Made by a program: the position numbers and the translations under genes
Shown here: piece by piece, positions 1 through 9,795 of the stretch
How positions within the stretch are numbered: position 1 is the first letter of the stretch
Layout of the letters: the number at the start of each line of letters is the position of its first letter
NCBI GenBank assembly: GCA_965247565.1
Contig: CBDFHF010000003.1
Coordinates: 196,447 to 260,446, forward strand
From: Methylococcales bacterium
GTDB lineage: Bacteria; Pseudomonadota; Gammaproteobacteria; Methylococcales; Methylomonadaceae
Direction of reading: 5' to 3'
Length of the DNA: 64,000 nt
The notes under the pieces: model-generated
Told to the model about the DNA's origin: nothing
Databases searched by the model: none
What the model saw: the letters and a program-made list of their open reading frames with translations, nothing else

Positions 1-390
1 GCTGAAGCAGAAAAACGTTTGCTGGCGCTAAAAGCGCGCCTCGCCGATGGCGATGATTTTGCTGCTATTGCCAGAGCGCATTCGGATGACAAAGGCTCTG
101 CACTTAAAGGTGGATCGCTTGATTGGGTGGGTCCAGGCGATTTGGTCAAAGAGTTTGAAGAGGCCATGACCAAGCTAAACATTAATGAAATCAGCGCACC
201 AGTGCAAACTCAATTTGGTTGGCATTTAATCCAGGTTTTGGAACGCGAAAACAAAGACAACAGCGACGAATACAAAAAAAATCTGGTTAAAGATACAATC
301 CGTAAACGAAAAATAGAGGAAGAAACAGAGCTTTGGTTACGCAGACTGCGTGATGAAGCCTATGTGGAAATTTACGAGGATAGACTCTAA
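1..390 (+). CDS. surA: Periplasmic chaperone/PPIase SurA, C-terminal part (parvulin domain plus C-terminal tail); 5' end lies outside the window
   Basis: PpiC/parvulin signature 'GGSLDWVGPGDLVKEF...FGWHLIQV'; the tail '...EAYVEIYEDRL' resembles the SurA C-terminus ('AYVKIL'); the ORF is open to the window start. Confidence 0.7.
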   Translation, partial: AEAEKRLLALKARLADGDDFAAIARAHSDDKGSALKGGSLDWVGPGDLVKEFEEAMTKLNINEISAPVQTQFGWHLIQVLERENKDNSDEYKKNLVKDTIRKRKIEEETELWLRRLRDEAYVEIYEDRL

Positions 391-447
391 AGTAACTGCG
401 TTTTTTAGGGAACATCACGAAGACAGGAAAGGCCACCAGCCGTAGTT

Positions 448-1023
448 ATGATGATAAAACCAGAGTACCTAAGTAAGCTGAAACAAGTTCTTAGCAATGA
501 AGACTTGAGTATACAGCGCAGCATAGTGCAAAACATAAGCGCTGAGTTACACACTGATTTGCTAAGTTGTGCGGCAGCCATGCTGCATTTGCAATCTGAT
601 AACGCAATCAATCTGACACTAACAACTTCTTTATCGACACAAATAAAATCAGAAATTCCGATAGCAAACAACGTCTTAGCTATTAAAATGTTACGTTATC
701 GGCTCGAGGTAGGTACGAATCATCAAATAACCGTCGAACAATTAAAAGACCTGCTGGTAAGCGAGTCGGGCGTTGATAGAAACAATATCAATGTAATCGG
801 CATTCATGCCGATTACACGATTATCGAATTACCCGATGAGATGCCAACAGATATATTTCAGCACCTAAAGTCGTTAGAGCTAAATCAACAAATACTGGAT
901 TTAAAGAGATTGAAGAACCGTTCCAAGAAACGCAATAACAATCGGTTTCGGCGTGGACGACAACGAAATGCGCAAGGGACAAACAGTCAGGATAGTTCCG
1001 ATAAAATTAGCCGCGATCTATAA
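448..1023 (+). CDS. Hypothetical protein with a DbpA-type RNA-binding domain and an Arg/Lys-rich C-terminal tail
   Basis: Residues ~85-160 ('LRYRLEVGTNHQITVEQLKDLLVSESGVDRNNINVIGIHADYTIIELPDE') follow the DbpA/DeaD C-terminal RNA-binding pattern (L..EVG...gV.p.dlv......gi....IG.I.i.d.ys.vE.P....); basic tail RNNNRFRRGRQRN; no helicase core. Confidence 0.45.
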   Translation: MMIKPEYLSKLKQVLSNEDLSIQRSIVQNISAELHTDLLSCAAAMLHLQSDNAINLTLTTSLSTQIKSEIPIANNVLAIKMLRYRLEVGTNHQITVEQLKDLLVSESGVDRNNINVIGIHADYTIIELPDEMPTDIFQHLKSLELNQQILDLKRLKNRSKKRNNNRFRRGRQRNAQGTNSQDSSDKISRDL

Positions 1024-1030
1024 CCTCTAT

Positions 1031-1663
1031 TTAGACATGAACAAAGGGATTGTTGCGCATTTCTTCACCAAAAGTCGACATAGGACCGTGCCCAGGAATG
1101 AAGGCAATTTCTTTGCCTAACGGCCATAAATTGTGTTGAATTGAATTAATCAATGTATCGAAATCCCCTCTTGGTAAATCAGTGCGACCGATAGAGCCCT
1201 TAAACAAAACATCACCCACCAGAGCCAATTTCTCATGACGATTAACAAATACAATGTGACCGGGAGTGTGCCCTGGGCAATGCAAAACATCCAACGTAGC
1301 TTTGCCCACCTTAACTTTATCACCCTGCTCTAACCAGCGGGTTGGCGTAAATGTTTTGCTGGGCGGAAAACCAAATGTGTGGCACTGCGAAGGAATTGCC
1401 TCAAGCCAAAATTGATCTTCCCGATGCGGGCCCAAAATTGGCAAACTCAATCGCGAGGCTAATTCCGCGGCGGCACCGACGTGATCCAGATGCCCATGGG
1501 TGATCAAAATTGACTCCAGGGTGACTTGCTCCCGATGAATAGCGCTTAATAACAGATCAATGTCCCCGCCGGGATCAACGATTGCGGCCTTCTGAGTTTG
1601 CTCGCAAATCAGCAAAGTACAGTTTTGCTGATAAGATGTAACTGGGATAATACAAAATCGCAT
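1031..1663 (-). CDS. MBL-fold metallo-hydrolase (glyoxalase II / GloB-like)
   Basis: Motifs HGHLDHVG, HCPGHTPGH and IPGHG; the ORF-track start is trimmed to the internal Met 'MRFCIIPV' (minus-strand ATG at 1663..1661), typical of the family. Confidence 0.8.
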   Translation of the reverse strand: MRFCIIPVTSYQQNCTLLICEQTQKAAIVDPGGDIDLLLSAIHREQVTLESILITHGHLDHVGAAAELASRLSLPILGPHREDQFWLEAIPSQCHTFGFPPSKTFTPTRWLEQGDKVKVGKATLDVLHCPGHTPGHIVFVNRHEKLALVGDVLFKGSIGRTDLPRGDFDTLINSIQHNLWPLGKEIAFIPGHGPMSTFGEEMRNNPFVHV

Positions 1664-1765
1664 GGGATAAATTCGAAAAAACTCAATTCTAGCACTAAAC
1701 TCAAAAACTACCATTAACCAGATCCCGCTGGTCTGGTTAACTTTTATAACTGGCTGTTTAATCCA

Positions 1766-2926
1766 ATGACCCCTATCCAATACATAAATACCGAAGAACA
1801 ATTAGAAAAACTGTGTGCTCAAATAAGCAAAGAACCTTGGTTAGCGCTGGATACGGAATTTTTGCGGGAAAAGACCTATTACCCAAAATTCTGCTTGTTG
1901 CAAATAGCGACTCCAGAATGGGTAGCTTGCGTTGATCCTATTGCTTTACCCAAGCTCGATAAATTATTTGAAATCTTATATAACCCGCAAATAGTTAAAG
2001 TTTTTCATTCCAGTAGACAAGATTTGGAAATTTTTTACCAGCTCACAGGCAAATTGCCCTCGCCGATTTTTGACACCCAAATAGCTGCGCCCCTACTAGG
2101 ATTTCAAGAGAACCCAGGGTATGCCATGCTGGTCTCCAGCTTTTTAAATATTAATTTGAACAAAGCTCATACCCGAGCTGATTGGAGTAAGCGGCCTTTA
2201 ACTGAGGCACAGATTGAATATGCTGCGGATGACGTCATTTATTTATGCCAGATTTACCAAATCATCCTTAAAAAATTGGCCTCGTTAGGAAGGGCGGATT
2301 GGCTGAAAGATGATTTCGCCGAGTTAGAAAATAATGAACTTTATGAAGTTAACCCAGAAAAAGCCTGGGTCAAAATTAAAGGTAAAAATAAATTAACCGG
2401 CAAGCAATTGTCTATCATTCAAGCATTGGCAGAATGGCGAGAAACAACCGCACAAAAAGAAGATCGCCCCAAAACCTGGTTATTACGTGACGAAATGTTA
2501 TTTGATATCGCCAAGTTACAACCAGAAACAGCAGCAGAATTAACTGCAATTCGTGGCATTAATGAGCGGGTCATTAGTCGCCACGGCCAGGAATTATGTC
2601 AATTAATCACTGCGGCAAAAAATCGTTTACCTATACCGCTTAACGAGAAAGGGAAATCTGCAAAAAAAACTCAGCAGCAGGAAGCAATTCTAGACATCCT
2701 AACGGCTTTGGTCAGAATACGAGCAGAGGAGAATGCGTTAAACCCTATCATACTTGCTACCCGAAAAGATTTAGAAAACTTGCTGCTTGATGAAGATGAG
2801 GATTGTTTACTACTACACGGCTGGCGGTATAGCATGGCAGGCAAAGAATTAGTTGGCTTGCTAAAAGGAAAATTATTGCTGGGTATAGAAGAAGATAAGT
2901 TGGCCATTATTGCCAAGCAATATTAA
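1766..2926 (+). CDS. rnd: Ribonuclease D
   Basis: 386 aa; N-terminal DEDDy 3'-5' exonuclease motifs (LALDTEF, YAADDVIYL) followed by an HRDC-like region; size matches RNase D. Confidence 0.85.
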   Translation: MTPIQYINTEEQLEKLCAQISKEPWLALDTEFLREKTYYPKFCLLQIATPEWVACVDPIALPKLDKLFEILYNPQIVKVFHSSRQDLEIFYQLTGKLPSPIFDTQIAAPLLGFQENPGYAMLVSSFLNINLNKAHTRADWSKRPLTEAQIEYAADDVIYLCQIYQIILKKLASLGRADWLKDDFAELENNELYEVNPEKAWVKIKGKNKLTGKQLSIIQALAEWRETTAQKEDRPKTWLLRDEMLFDIAKLQPETAAELTAIRGINERVISRHGQELCQLITAAKNRLPIPLNEKGKSAKKTQQQEAILDILTALVRIRAEENALNPIILATRKDLENLLLDEDEDCLLLHGWRYSMAGKELVGLLKGKLLLGIEEDKLAIIAKQY

Positions 2927-2950
2927 CTAACTGATTTTTTGGAGATTAGT

Positions 2951-3391
2951 ATGAATAAACCCATTACACCGTTATTGGCTGCTGACATTTTAATTGAATT
3001 AATTGACCAACCCGGTCACCCATTTGTGTTAATTGAACGCCGTTATCCGCCGCTGGGCTGGGCAATACCCGGGGGGTTTGTCGATGTCGGGGAGACAGTC
3101 GAGCATGCGGCAATTCGTGAAGCCAAAGAAGAAACTTGCCTGGATGTTACATTAACCGCACTACTGGGTATTTATTCCAATCCTAAGCGTGATGTTCGCA
3201 ATCACACTGCAACAGCTGTCTACGTTGCCCAAGCTACCGGCCTACCAGAGGCCGCCGATGATGCCAAAAATTTCGGCATCTTCACGTTCAACAACTTGCC
3301 AACACTATTGGCGTTCGACCATGCCCAGGTTATTGCTGATTACCAACTATACCGTTTGACTGGGCAGGCCACACCCTTACGCGTCCTTTGA
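2951..3391 (+). CDS. NUDIX hydrolase
   Basis: Nudix box 'GGFVDVGETVEHAAIREAKEETCL'; GGAG Shine-Dalgarno at 2941-2944 supports the ATG at 2951 over the TTG at 2939. Confidence 0.8.
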   Translation: MNKPITPLLAADILIELIDQPGHPFVLIERRYPPLGWAIPGGFVDVGETVEHAAIREAKEETCLDVTLTALLGIYSNPKRDVRNHTATAVYVAQATGLPEAADDAKNFGIFTFNNLPTLLAFDHAQVIADYQLYRLTGQATPLRVL

Positions 3392-3459
3392 AGACATCTG
3401 ACAAAATTACTCAACTAATCAACGACCTCGAATAATTTATAACCTGGGCTTACATTTGG

Positions 3460-4311
3460 CTAATATGGATTGGAGGGTTCCGCCCAAGAGGTCTTGTCTA
3501 AACGGGAATCATTGACCTTAGATTTATCGTCCCACCATTGCATACCTTCATCCGCTGGTTCGACAGCCTTCTTTACTGGTGGAGCAAATTGAGAAGACCT
3601 TAACTTGTGCGCCACGCTTTTTGTTGTATGTGCAACAGGGGCGTGCGAGCCTGGCGTAGCACGAGCATTAGCGGCGGCAGGGTGGGAAACTACGGCACGA
3701 TGAATTCGCTGCTGCTTAACCAGTAACGGCGGCAGATTTATGGAGGCCCGCTGTATAGAAGAATAGCTCACAATGATATCCACGCCGCGAGCAGTCCAGC
3801 CACTAACACTATTGCTGGAAACCTTGCTTCCAATGGCTTTAATTTTCACCCCTTGATGAGCTAAATAGTTCGCTACTGCGCGCGCTCGTTTCTTGCCTAA
3901 TTTTTTATTGTAGCTATAACTGCCGCTTGAGTCTGTGCGACCAATGACAATTAACTTTGCGCCCTCCGGTAACTGATTGACCAGCTCCATCAATCGATCT
4001 TTGTGTGCCGTTGCCAGTGTATGACGGTTTGAACCAAAATGAGCGACACCCGAAACCATTTGGCTCCAAACTCTTTCATGGCTGTGTTTTACTGCTTGAG
4101 TTTCTGCCTTCGGTGCCGCGGCAACCACTTCTTCCTGAACCGGCTTGCTGCGAGTTTGATTAGCAGCGGTAAGCCCTGCACTACCGATTACAGTGGCTAC
4201 CACGGTCCCGTGCAGTGCCTTTTTAACTGCCTTTAAGCGCCGTGTCTTTTTTAGCGTTTCGTAATCAATCAATGCAGCCAACACTGCCGCTTTTAGTTCA
4301 TCTTGTGTCAT
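3460..4311 (-). CDS. OmpA/MotB-family peptidoglycan-binding membrane protein
   Basis: OmpA_C-like core 'GRTDSSGSYSYNKKLGKKRARAVANYL'; one N-terminal TM segment (GTVVATVIGSAGLTAA); start trimmed to 'MTQDELK' (alternative start at 4347). Confidence 0.65.
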   Translation of the reverse strand: MTQDELKAAVLAALIDYETLKKTRRLKAVKKALHGTVVATVIGSAGLTAANQTRSKPVQEEVVAAAPKAETQAVKHSHERVWSQMVSGVAHFGSNRHTLATAHKDRLMELVNQLPEGAKLIVIGRTDSSGSYSYNKKLGKKRARAVANYLAHQGVKIKAIGSKVSSNSVSGWTARGVDIIVSYSSIQRASINLPPLLVKQQRIHRAVVSHPAAANARATPGSHAPVAHTTKSVAHKLRSSQFAPPVKKAVEPADEGMQWWDDKSKVNDSRLDKTSWAEPSNPY

Positions 4312-4720
4312 ATCGCCAGCACCCCGGTATTTTTTTATGCACAGCAATGTGCATGGTGGTTATTTTTAGGTTTGTATTTAACTGACTATCACAATTCGAC
4401 CCATTAAGATGGAAAGTCCAATGAACATTACAGCGTTATGCTGTCTAAAAAGAGCTAAAGCTCTTATTACAAATTTATTGCAGTCAATTAGAATGTAACA
4501 ATACCAGATTGAAGTATTAATTAAAACATAAATGAATCAACAAATATTTAAGAAGATATTTACAGATTAGATAGAAACGAGGGGAAAAGTGATGCATCTA
4601 TCTCAGTCATTGACGGCAAAATAATCATTAAAGAGACTGCATGAGTACAAATGAAACGCAGAATGAGTCAAAGCTCTGTTACCATGCCTGCAAAAGAAAA
4701 ATAGTGAACCAAGGACAGAT

Positions 4721-5458
4721 GTGTTTGAAATTAACTCAACCCAAGTAACTTGCCCAAACTGCAAGCTATCTGAATTATGCCTTCCTTATGGATTACAAAA
4801 ATCCGAAGTCGCAGAATTGGCGTCGATTGTTAAAAACAAGCGACCTTTACAGACAGACGAATTGCTGTATTGGCAAGGTTCCGCATGCAAAAGTTTGTAT
4901 GCAATTAAGTCAGGTTCTTTTCGGAGTTTTATTACGGATGCAGACGGCATGGAGCAAACCATCGGCTTTTATTTACCGGGCGAGTTGATGGGCCTGGATT
5001 CTCTGCAGCATGGCCGATTTACTTGTTCTACCATCGCGTTGGAAACGGCCTCTGTTTGCGAGTTGCCGCTAACTAATCTGAATGAATTGTGCATCCAGAT
5101 ACCTAGCTTGCAAACCCAGATGATGCGAATACTGGGAAAAGAGATTGCCTCAGATCACGACAAAATTATATTACTGGGACATCGTTCAGCTAAGGAGAGA
5201 ATGGCTACTTTTTTGCTGATGTTATCGCACCGATACACCGCACTAGGATTTTCCAGTACGCAATTCAATTTAACCATGAGCCGCCATCACATCGCCAATT
5301 TTTTAGGGTTGACGATTGAAACAGTCAGCAGGCAGCTGGCTTACTTGAGTCAACAAGGCGTCATAACAGTCAAACAGAGAGGAATTCAAATCAACAATCT
5401 GGGTTTGTTGAACACGATTGTCAACCCCTGCCCCATTCATCGCGTTGTTAACGAATAA
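4721..5458 (+). CDS. fnr: FNR/ANR-type oxygen-sensing CRP-family transcription regulator
   Basis: N-terminal Cys cluster C-x2-C-x5-C ('CPNCKLSELC'), a cNMP-binding fold and a C-terminal HTH ('RHHIANFLGLTIETVSRQL'); GTG start. Confidence 0.8.
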   Translation: MFEINSTQVTCPNCKLSELCLPYGLQKSEVAELASIVKNKRPLQTDELLYWQGSACKSLYAIKSGSFRSFITDADGMEQTIGFYLPGELMGLDSLQHGRFTCSTIALETASVCELPLTNLNELCIQIPSLQTQMMRILGKEIASDHDKIILLGHRSAKERMATFLLMLSHRYTALGFSSTQFNLTMSRHHIANFLGLTIETVSRQLAYLSQQGVITVKQRGIQINNLGLLNTIVNPCPIHRVVNE

Positions 5459-5801
5459 GTTTTAAGTCAGCAACGCCGCGCCATTCCAGCGCGACGCGCC
5501 ACCCTCGACAAAAAGTAGCTTATTTCGCAGATTCTTGGCTTGCGGCTGGTTTGCTAGGACCAACGCCTTGCTCTCCACACGCTACGAGAGTCGTTACAGC
5601 AATAACTAACAACAAAACATGACTGATCGTTTTCATAGTATTTTCTCATTATTTTAGTTTATACAGACCGCCCCACATCACTTACTCCGCAAGTAACAGG
5701 AACACCCAAGCCTTAAGGCTTGGGTGCATTATGGCACTAATAAGTTTGCTGCTTTTGACATAGATCAAAAAGACCCAACAAAATCTAAAATTTATTGAAT
5801 T

Positions 5802-7433
5802 TTAAGCTTGGACAATTTCTATATGGTTAAGCAAAGAAGTGGAGTGCAACTGTTTATCTACCCGGTAACGTACAGGACTATTTGGATAGTGAACAAAAAT
5901 AAACTCAGTTGGTGTGAAAGCATCGTTAATGATAATGCTTTCTGACGGATTAGCCGTATGAACGGGAGTGATTAAATGGATGGCGTCTATCTGTATGTCA
6001 GGAAATCCGGTGTTGGTCACTTTAACGGCCTGTGCATTAAATCCCAATCGTTCAACTCCAAATAACAAAACCGCAGTTGGCGACTGCGCAATCCATCTAA
6101 TAAACCCAATGGAAGGGTTTTGGTTTTGCAAACCAATCACATCACCCACTCGGGGCTCGGTGTTTTTATCCTGCCAGATTAGGCCAAAACCCGATTGGCT
6201 TTTATCAATTTGCGTTGCATTCGCTTCGAAATGCGTTTTCTTGTCATTGTCCCAAATTTCGGCTGGATTGGCTTGCAACTGCTGCTTAATTTTTTCCGCG
6301 CTGTAGGTATTGGTTAAGAATGGATCTAGATTTTTTTCGTGCGGCAGTATCTCAAAATTCAATTCGCGAAGCTCTCCAGGGCGATTTAAATCCAATTGTC
6401 CAACAGCGACAGCCTCATCTGACTCCAAACGATGCTGGTAAAAAAAACTGACCAGGTTAGTAAAGCCGATAACGCCAAAGTGATGACTTTTGTCTGGTTC
6501 TCTGGGATGTTTGCGATGTCGATTGAGCGTTAACAACCTTGCCAAGCGTAACAACAAAGCACGTTCACTCGGTGCAAAAGATTGGCTTTTATCGGCCAAG
6601 TACTCCAGTATTTTACCGGCAACGCTGACGGTCGCCACATAAAGTGTATGCTCGTCCTCTACGGGTTCGGCATTGTAAGAAAGGGCTGGCGGCAAATCAT
6701 TTTTAAAATTGAGATAGGGAATGCCGGTAAATTTTTTTTCGGGCACGGTATATAAAAATTTTGTGTGCGTTGCATAATCATCTAATAGCTCATAAATCAG
6801 TTTCATTTCCTGCGGTGTAAACTGATTGGAGTTGCTTAAACTAAACACCAATATATGTTTAAAAGCGTTATCGATTGCTAAAGCGTTAGGATAAGGCTTA
6901 GAAGTGACATCACCCGGTTTTGTAGTAAGGTCTTGTTGTTGAGCAATTTGATAAAGCTGATAGCACTTAATCCAGAAATAACGATAAGGTTTTGAGTAAG
7001 ATTGTGAGGTATATAACAACGCCTTGGCCATTGCTTGCAGGCCAAAGGTGATAATCTGTATTTTCTCGGATAATGAGTAATAATCTTTGTTACTAAAGCG
7101 CTTTTCTTCGCTTAGCAAAATATAACCATTAGCCAGCTCAGAACAGCTCCAAATAGACAGATAGGCCTTGGTTTTTTCAATGTTGTAAGTTGCCGACGTC
7201 AACTGGTCGGTCAGCCGGAATAACACCTGACCTAACTTGTTCAGGAAAAATAACCGGGTTTTACTGGCTAGCGCCTGATGAGTCTTGTTAAGCGTTTTTA
7301 AGACCTGCAGTATTTGCTCACAACTAGTGAATTCGTTATCGATGGGTAAGGAATCTAACCAAGCCATAAAATCCGTTTCATCAATAGTAAACGGTAGGGC
7401 AACCTGGGTTGATGCCTCAGTGGGTTTAAGCAT
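5802..7433 (-). CDS. Hypothetical protein, 543 aa, no confident family assignment
   Basis: Long ORF with coding-like composition; the C-terminal ~120 aa are beta-rich with weak PilZ-like features (N-x-S-x-G) but no canonical RxxxR. Confidence 0.5.
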   Translation of the reverse strand: MLKPTEASTQVALPFTIDETDFMAWLDSLPIDNEFTSCEQILQVLKTLNKTHQALASKTRLFFLNKLGQVLFRLTDQLTSATYNIEKTKAYLSIWSCSELANGYILLSEEKRFSNKDYYSLSEKIQIITFGLQAMAKALLYTSQSYSKPYRYFWIKCYQLYQIAQQQDLTTKPGDVTSKPYPNALAIDNAFKHILVFSLSNSNQFTPQEMKLIYELLDDYATHTKFLYTVPEKKFTGIPYLNFKNDLPPALSYNAEPVEDEHTLYVATVSVAGKILEYLADKSQSFAPSERALLLRLARLLTLNRHRKHPREPDKSHHFGVIGFTNLVSFFYQHRLESDEAVAVGQLDLNRPGELRELNFEILPHEKNLDPFLTNTYSAEKIKQQLQANPAEIWDNDKKTHFEANATQIDKSQSGFGLIWQDKNTEPRVGDVIGLQNQNPSIGFIRWIAQSPTAVLLFGVERLGFNAQAVKVTNTGFPDIQIDAIHLITPVHTANPSESIIINDAFTPTEFIFVHYPNSPVRYRVDKQLHSTSLLNHIEIVQA

Positions 7434-7544
7434 TTTAAGTTATACCTGAATTCTTAAGTTATCGATTAAAGTTGGGCGAGGATTTATCGCTTTTCAAATA
7501 CCCATGTCACTTAAGTGTAGTAGAAATAAGCGGGCTGTAATCAT

Positions 7545-8768
7545 TTAGAGTTTATGTTGCAAATAACGCCTTAACAAATCCAGAGTCAATAACGACGACT
7601 GAGTTTGTTTACGCTGCGCAGATCCAGCGACCCTGTCAACCGAGTGATAATAGCCCTGCTTGCTTAAAAGAACATTATTTACAGTAATGGCTTGATTGGG
7701 GTCTCGGAATTTTTCCTGCTCATCTTCGCACAACTGCACCAAAACCAAATCGGCATCGCTGTTTTGTTGTTTTGCAAAGGCGATTGTTTTAGCCATGTTA
7801 GTGCAATCATTCGCAATAAACTCAATACCCAATCGCTCAGTTAGCTTAGTGATTTTGCTCTGGTAGAGTGATTCCAGAAGCCAGACCGCACCCATATTCA
7901 TACTACTTAGTAAACCTTGGCTAGCAGTTTCAACAACGGATAATGTCAGCTTATGGGTGTTCATTAACCGATCAATAACTGCCACTAAGTCGCCTGAAGC
8001 CTCATCCAAGCCTTCGACCGCAAACACGCTGTCGCCAATCAGATCAGTAACAGTGTTAACCAATGCACTGATAGCCATTTCTGGATAACCCGCCGGGAAT
8101 AGCAACTTGGTTTGTACCTCGCCGACTCCAGCCCGAAAGCCCAGCTCGACTTCGTCCGGGATAACAATGCTATTCAGATGCTGCTGCAAGTCGGATTCAC
8201 CGATACCAATGGTTTTGATAGTAATTAATGTTTTTGGCTTTAAGTCAAATCGTTGCAATAAGATTGGCCGAATCTTTTCAAGATACAATTGCCGCATTTC
8301 TGATGGCACGCCGGGCACAAAAGCAAACCAGCAGCGGTTATGTCTTAACGCAAACCCAGGTGCGGTGCCCCAGTGATTATCAAGTCGCAGTGCGCCTTGA
8401 GGTAACATGGCTTGTTTGCGATTGGTCTCTGGCATGACGCGCTTTCTATTGCTAAAGAATTGTTGAATCTGCTCATAGGCAACGGCATCAAATTCTAGCG
8501 GTAGCGAAAAGGCAATAGCGACCGCTTGTGCGGTTAGGTCATCACTGGTTGGCCCTAACCCACCGCTACAAATACAGCAATCGGCACGTAGCGAGATTTC
8601 CTGCAATAAAGTAATTAAATCGGCCAACTTGTCGCCAACCGCGGTATGCCGGGTTACGCAAAAACCCAGTTGCACGGTTTGCTGCGATAACCATGCAGCA
8701 TTACTGTCAACTATTTGGCCGGTGACAATTTCTTCGCCTTGCGAGAATATTTCCAGAGCGGGATGCAT
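7545..8768 (-). CDS. cinA: CinA-family protein (MoCF-biosynthesis-type N-domain plus CinA/PncC-like C-domain)
   Basis: 'GGLGPTSDDLT' molybdopterin-binding-fold motif at the N-terminus; a divergent CinA C-terminal domain. Confidence 0.65.
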   Translation of the reverse strand: MHPALEIFSQGEEIVTGQIVDSNAAWLSQQTVQLGFCVTRHTAVGDKLADLITLLQEISLRADCCICSGGLGPTSDDLTAQAVAIAFSLPLEFDAVAYEQIQQFFSNRKRVMPETNRKQAMLPQGALRLDNHWGTAPGFALRHNRCWFAFVPGVPSEMRQLYLEKIRPILLQRFDLKPKTLITIKTIGIGESDLQQHLNSIVIPDEVELGFRAGVGEVQTKLLFPAGYPEMAISALVNTVTDLIGDSVFAVEGLDEASGDLVAVIDRLMNTHKLTLSVVETASQGLLSSMNMGAVWLLESLYQSKITKLTERLGIEFIANDCTNMAKTIAFAKQQNSDADLVLVQLCEDEQEKFRDPNQAITVNNVLLSKQGYYHSVDRVAGSAQRKQTQSSLLTLDLLRRYLQHKL

Positions 8769-9695
8769 TTAAAAACCTCTTAATAACAGCACATGCCAAA
8801 ACGGCAAAGTTAACAAGCTTAATGCTGTCGTGACTGTAACTGCCATGGCATACAGCGAACTATCCAAATGATAGCGATCACAAAATACCACACCCAATAC
8901 CATACTGGGCATGGCTATATCGAGCACTGCGGCGGACCTGTAATCACCGTGAATCGTTAGATAAGGTAGCAAAAACATAGCAAACAGTGGCATCAAGACC
9001 ATTTTTATGGCGATAACCGGAATCATGTAAGGAATATTACGCAAGGTGACCGCTTTCCAGCTTAATGCCAAGCCTAAAGAAAATAACATAAGCGGCACGA
9101 CGGCTGTAGCCAACTTTTCTAATGCCCCGATTAACCAATCCGGCGCAATTATGCTATTGACATTCAACAATACGGCAATGCCCGCTGCCCAAAATGGCGG
9201 GGCATTAAGAAAGGACAAGACCGACTTGGGATTTTCCGAACGGTCTTCGCCGTAATGGCGCACGATCACGATACCCAAAGTAAATAACAAAGGCGCGGTC
9301 GCAAACAGATCGATTTGAATAGCGACGGATCTAGCCCAACTCCCAAAAGTTTGCTCCAAAACCGGCAGACCCAAATAAGTCACATTAGGAAATGCCGCCG
9401 CCAATATCAAGGCACCCAACTTGCGATGTTCAAATTTAAAAGATGTACCAACCAGCCATATACAAACAATGGCGAACAAAATGCTGCTAATACCCAATAC
9501 CGTGTATTGAAGCGAGTGCAAGCCGATATCTGCTTTCCATAAAACCGCCAGCACCATTGCCGGTAACAGCAAATAGTAGACCACTGTCGTTAAAATCTGT
9601 CGTGTTTGTTCAGCTGACAGACCGGCAGGTTGTACGATTCGCCAAACTGCCCCACAGGCCATCAGCAGACTCATCTGGATCAATGTTGAATGCAT
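8769..9695 (-). CDS. AEC (auxin efflux carrier) family membrane transporter
   Basis: 308 aa, ~10 predicted TM helices, typical AEC/MleP-family size and hydrophobic pattern. Confidence 0.7.
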   Translation of the reverse strand: MHSTLIQMSLLMACGAVWRIVQPAGLSAEQTRQILTTVVYYLLLPAMVLAVLWKADIGLHSLQYTVLGISSILFAIVCIWLVGTSFKFEHRKLGALILAAAFPNVTYLGLPVLEQTFGSWARSVAIQIDLFATAPLLFTLGIVIVRHYGEDRSENPKSVLSFLNAPPFWAAGIAVLLNVNSIIAPDWLIGALEKLATAVVPLMLFSLGLALSWKAVTLRNIPYMIPVIAIKMVLMPLFAMFLLPYLTIHGDYRSAAVLDIAMPSMVLGVVFCDRYHLDSSLYAMAVTVTTALSLLTLPFWHVLLLRGF

Positions 9696-9795
9696 AAATC
9701 AGTTTTTATTAGCTCAAACTTGGATTTTAACATTCACCGTTAAAAGAAGTTCCGGTAATATAGCGGTCCTTAGCCTTCATATTTCTGTAATTCTT

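Noticed and set aside
405-671. 88-aa minus-strand ORF
   Set aside because: It overlaps the plus-strand DbpA-domain ORF and is Cys/Ser-rich and low-complexity, typical of antisense shadow ORFs.
4350-4720. Looked for an FNR box (TTGAT-N4-ATCAA) upstream of fnr for autoregulation
   Set aside because: I found only half-site-like matches (for example 'TTGACggcaAAATA'); not convincing without a PWM scan.
5968-6306. 112-aa plus-strand ORF
   Set aside because: It is antisense inside the 543-aa minus-strand gene.
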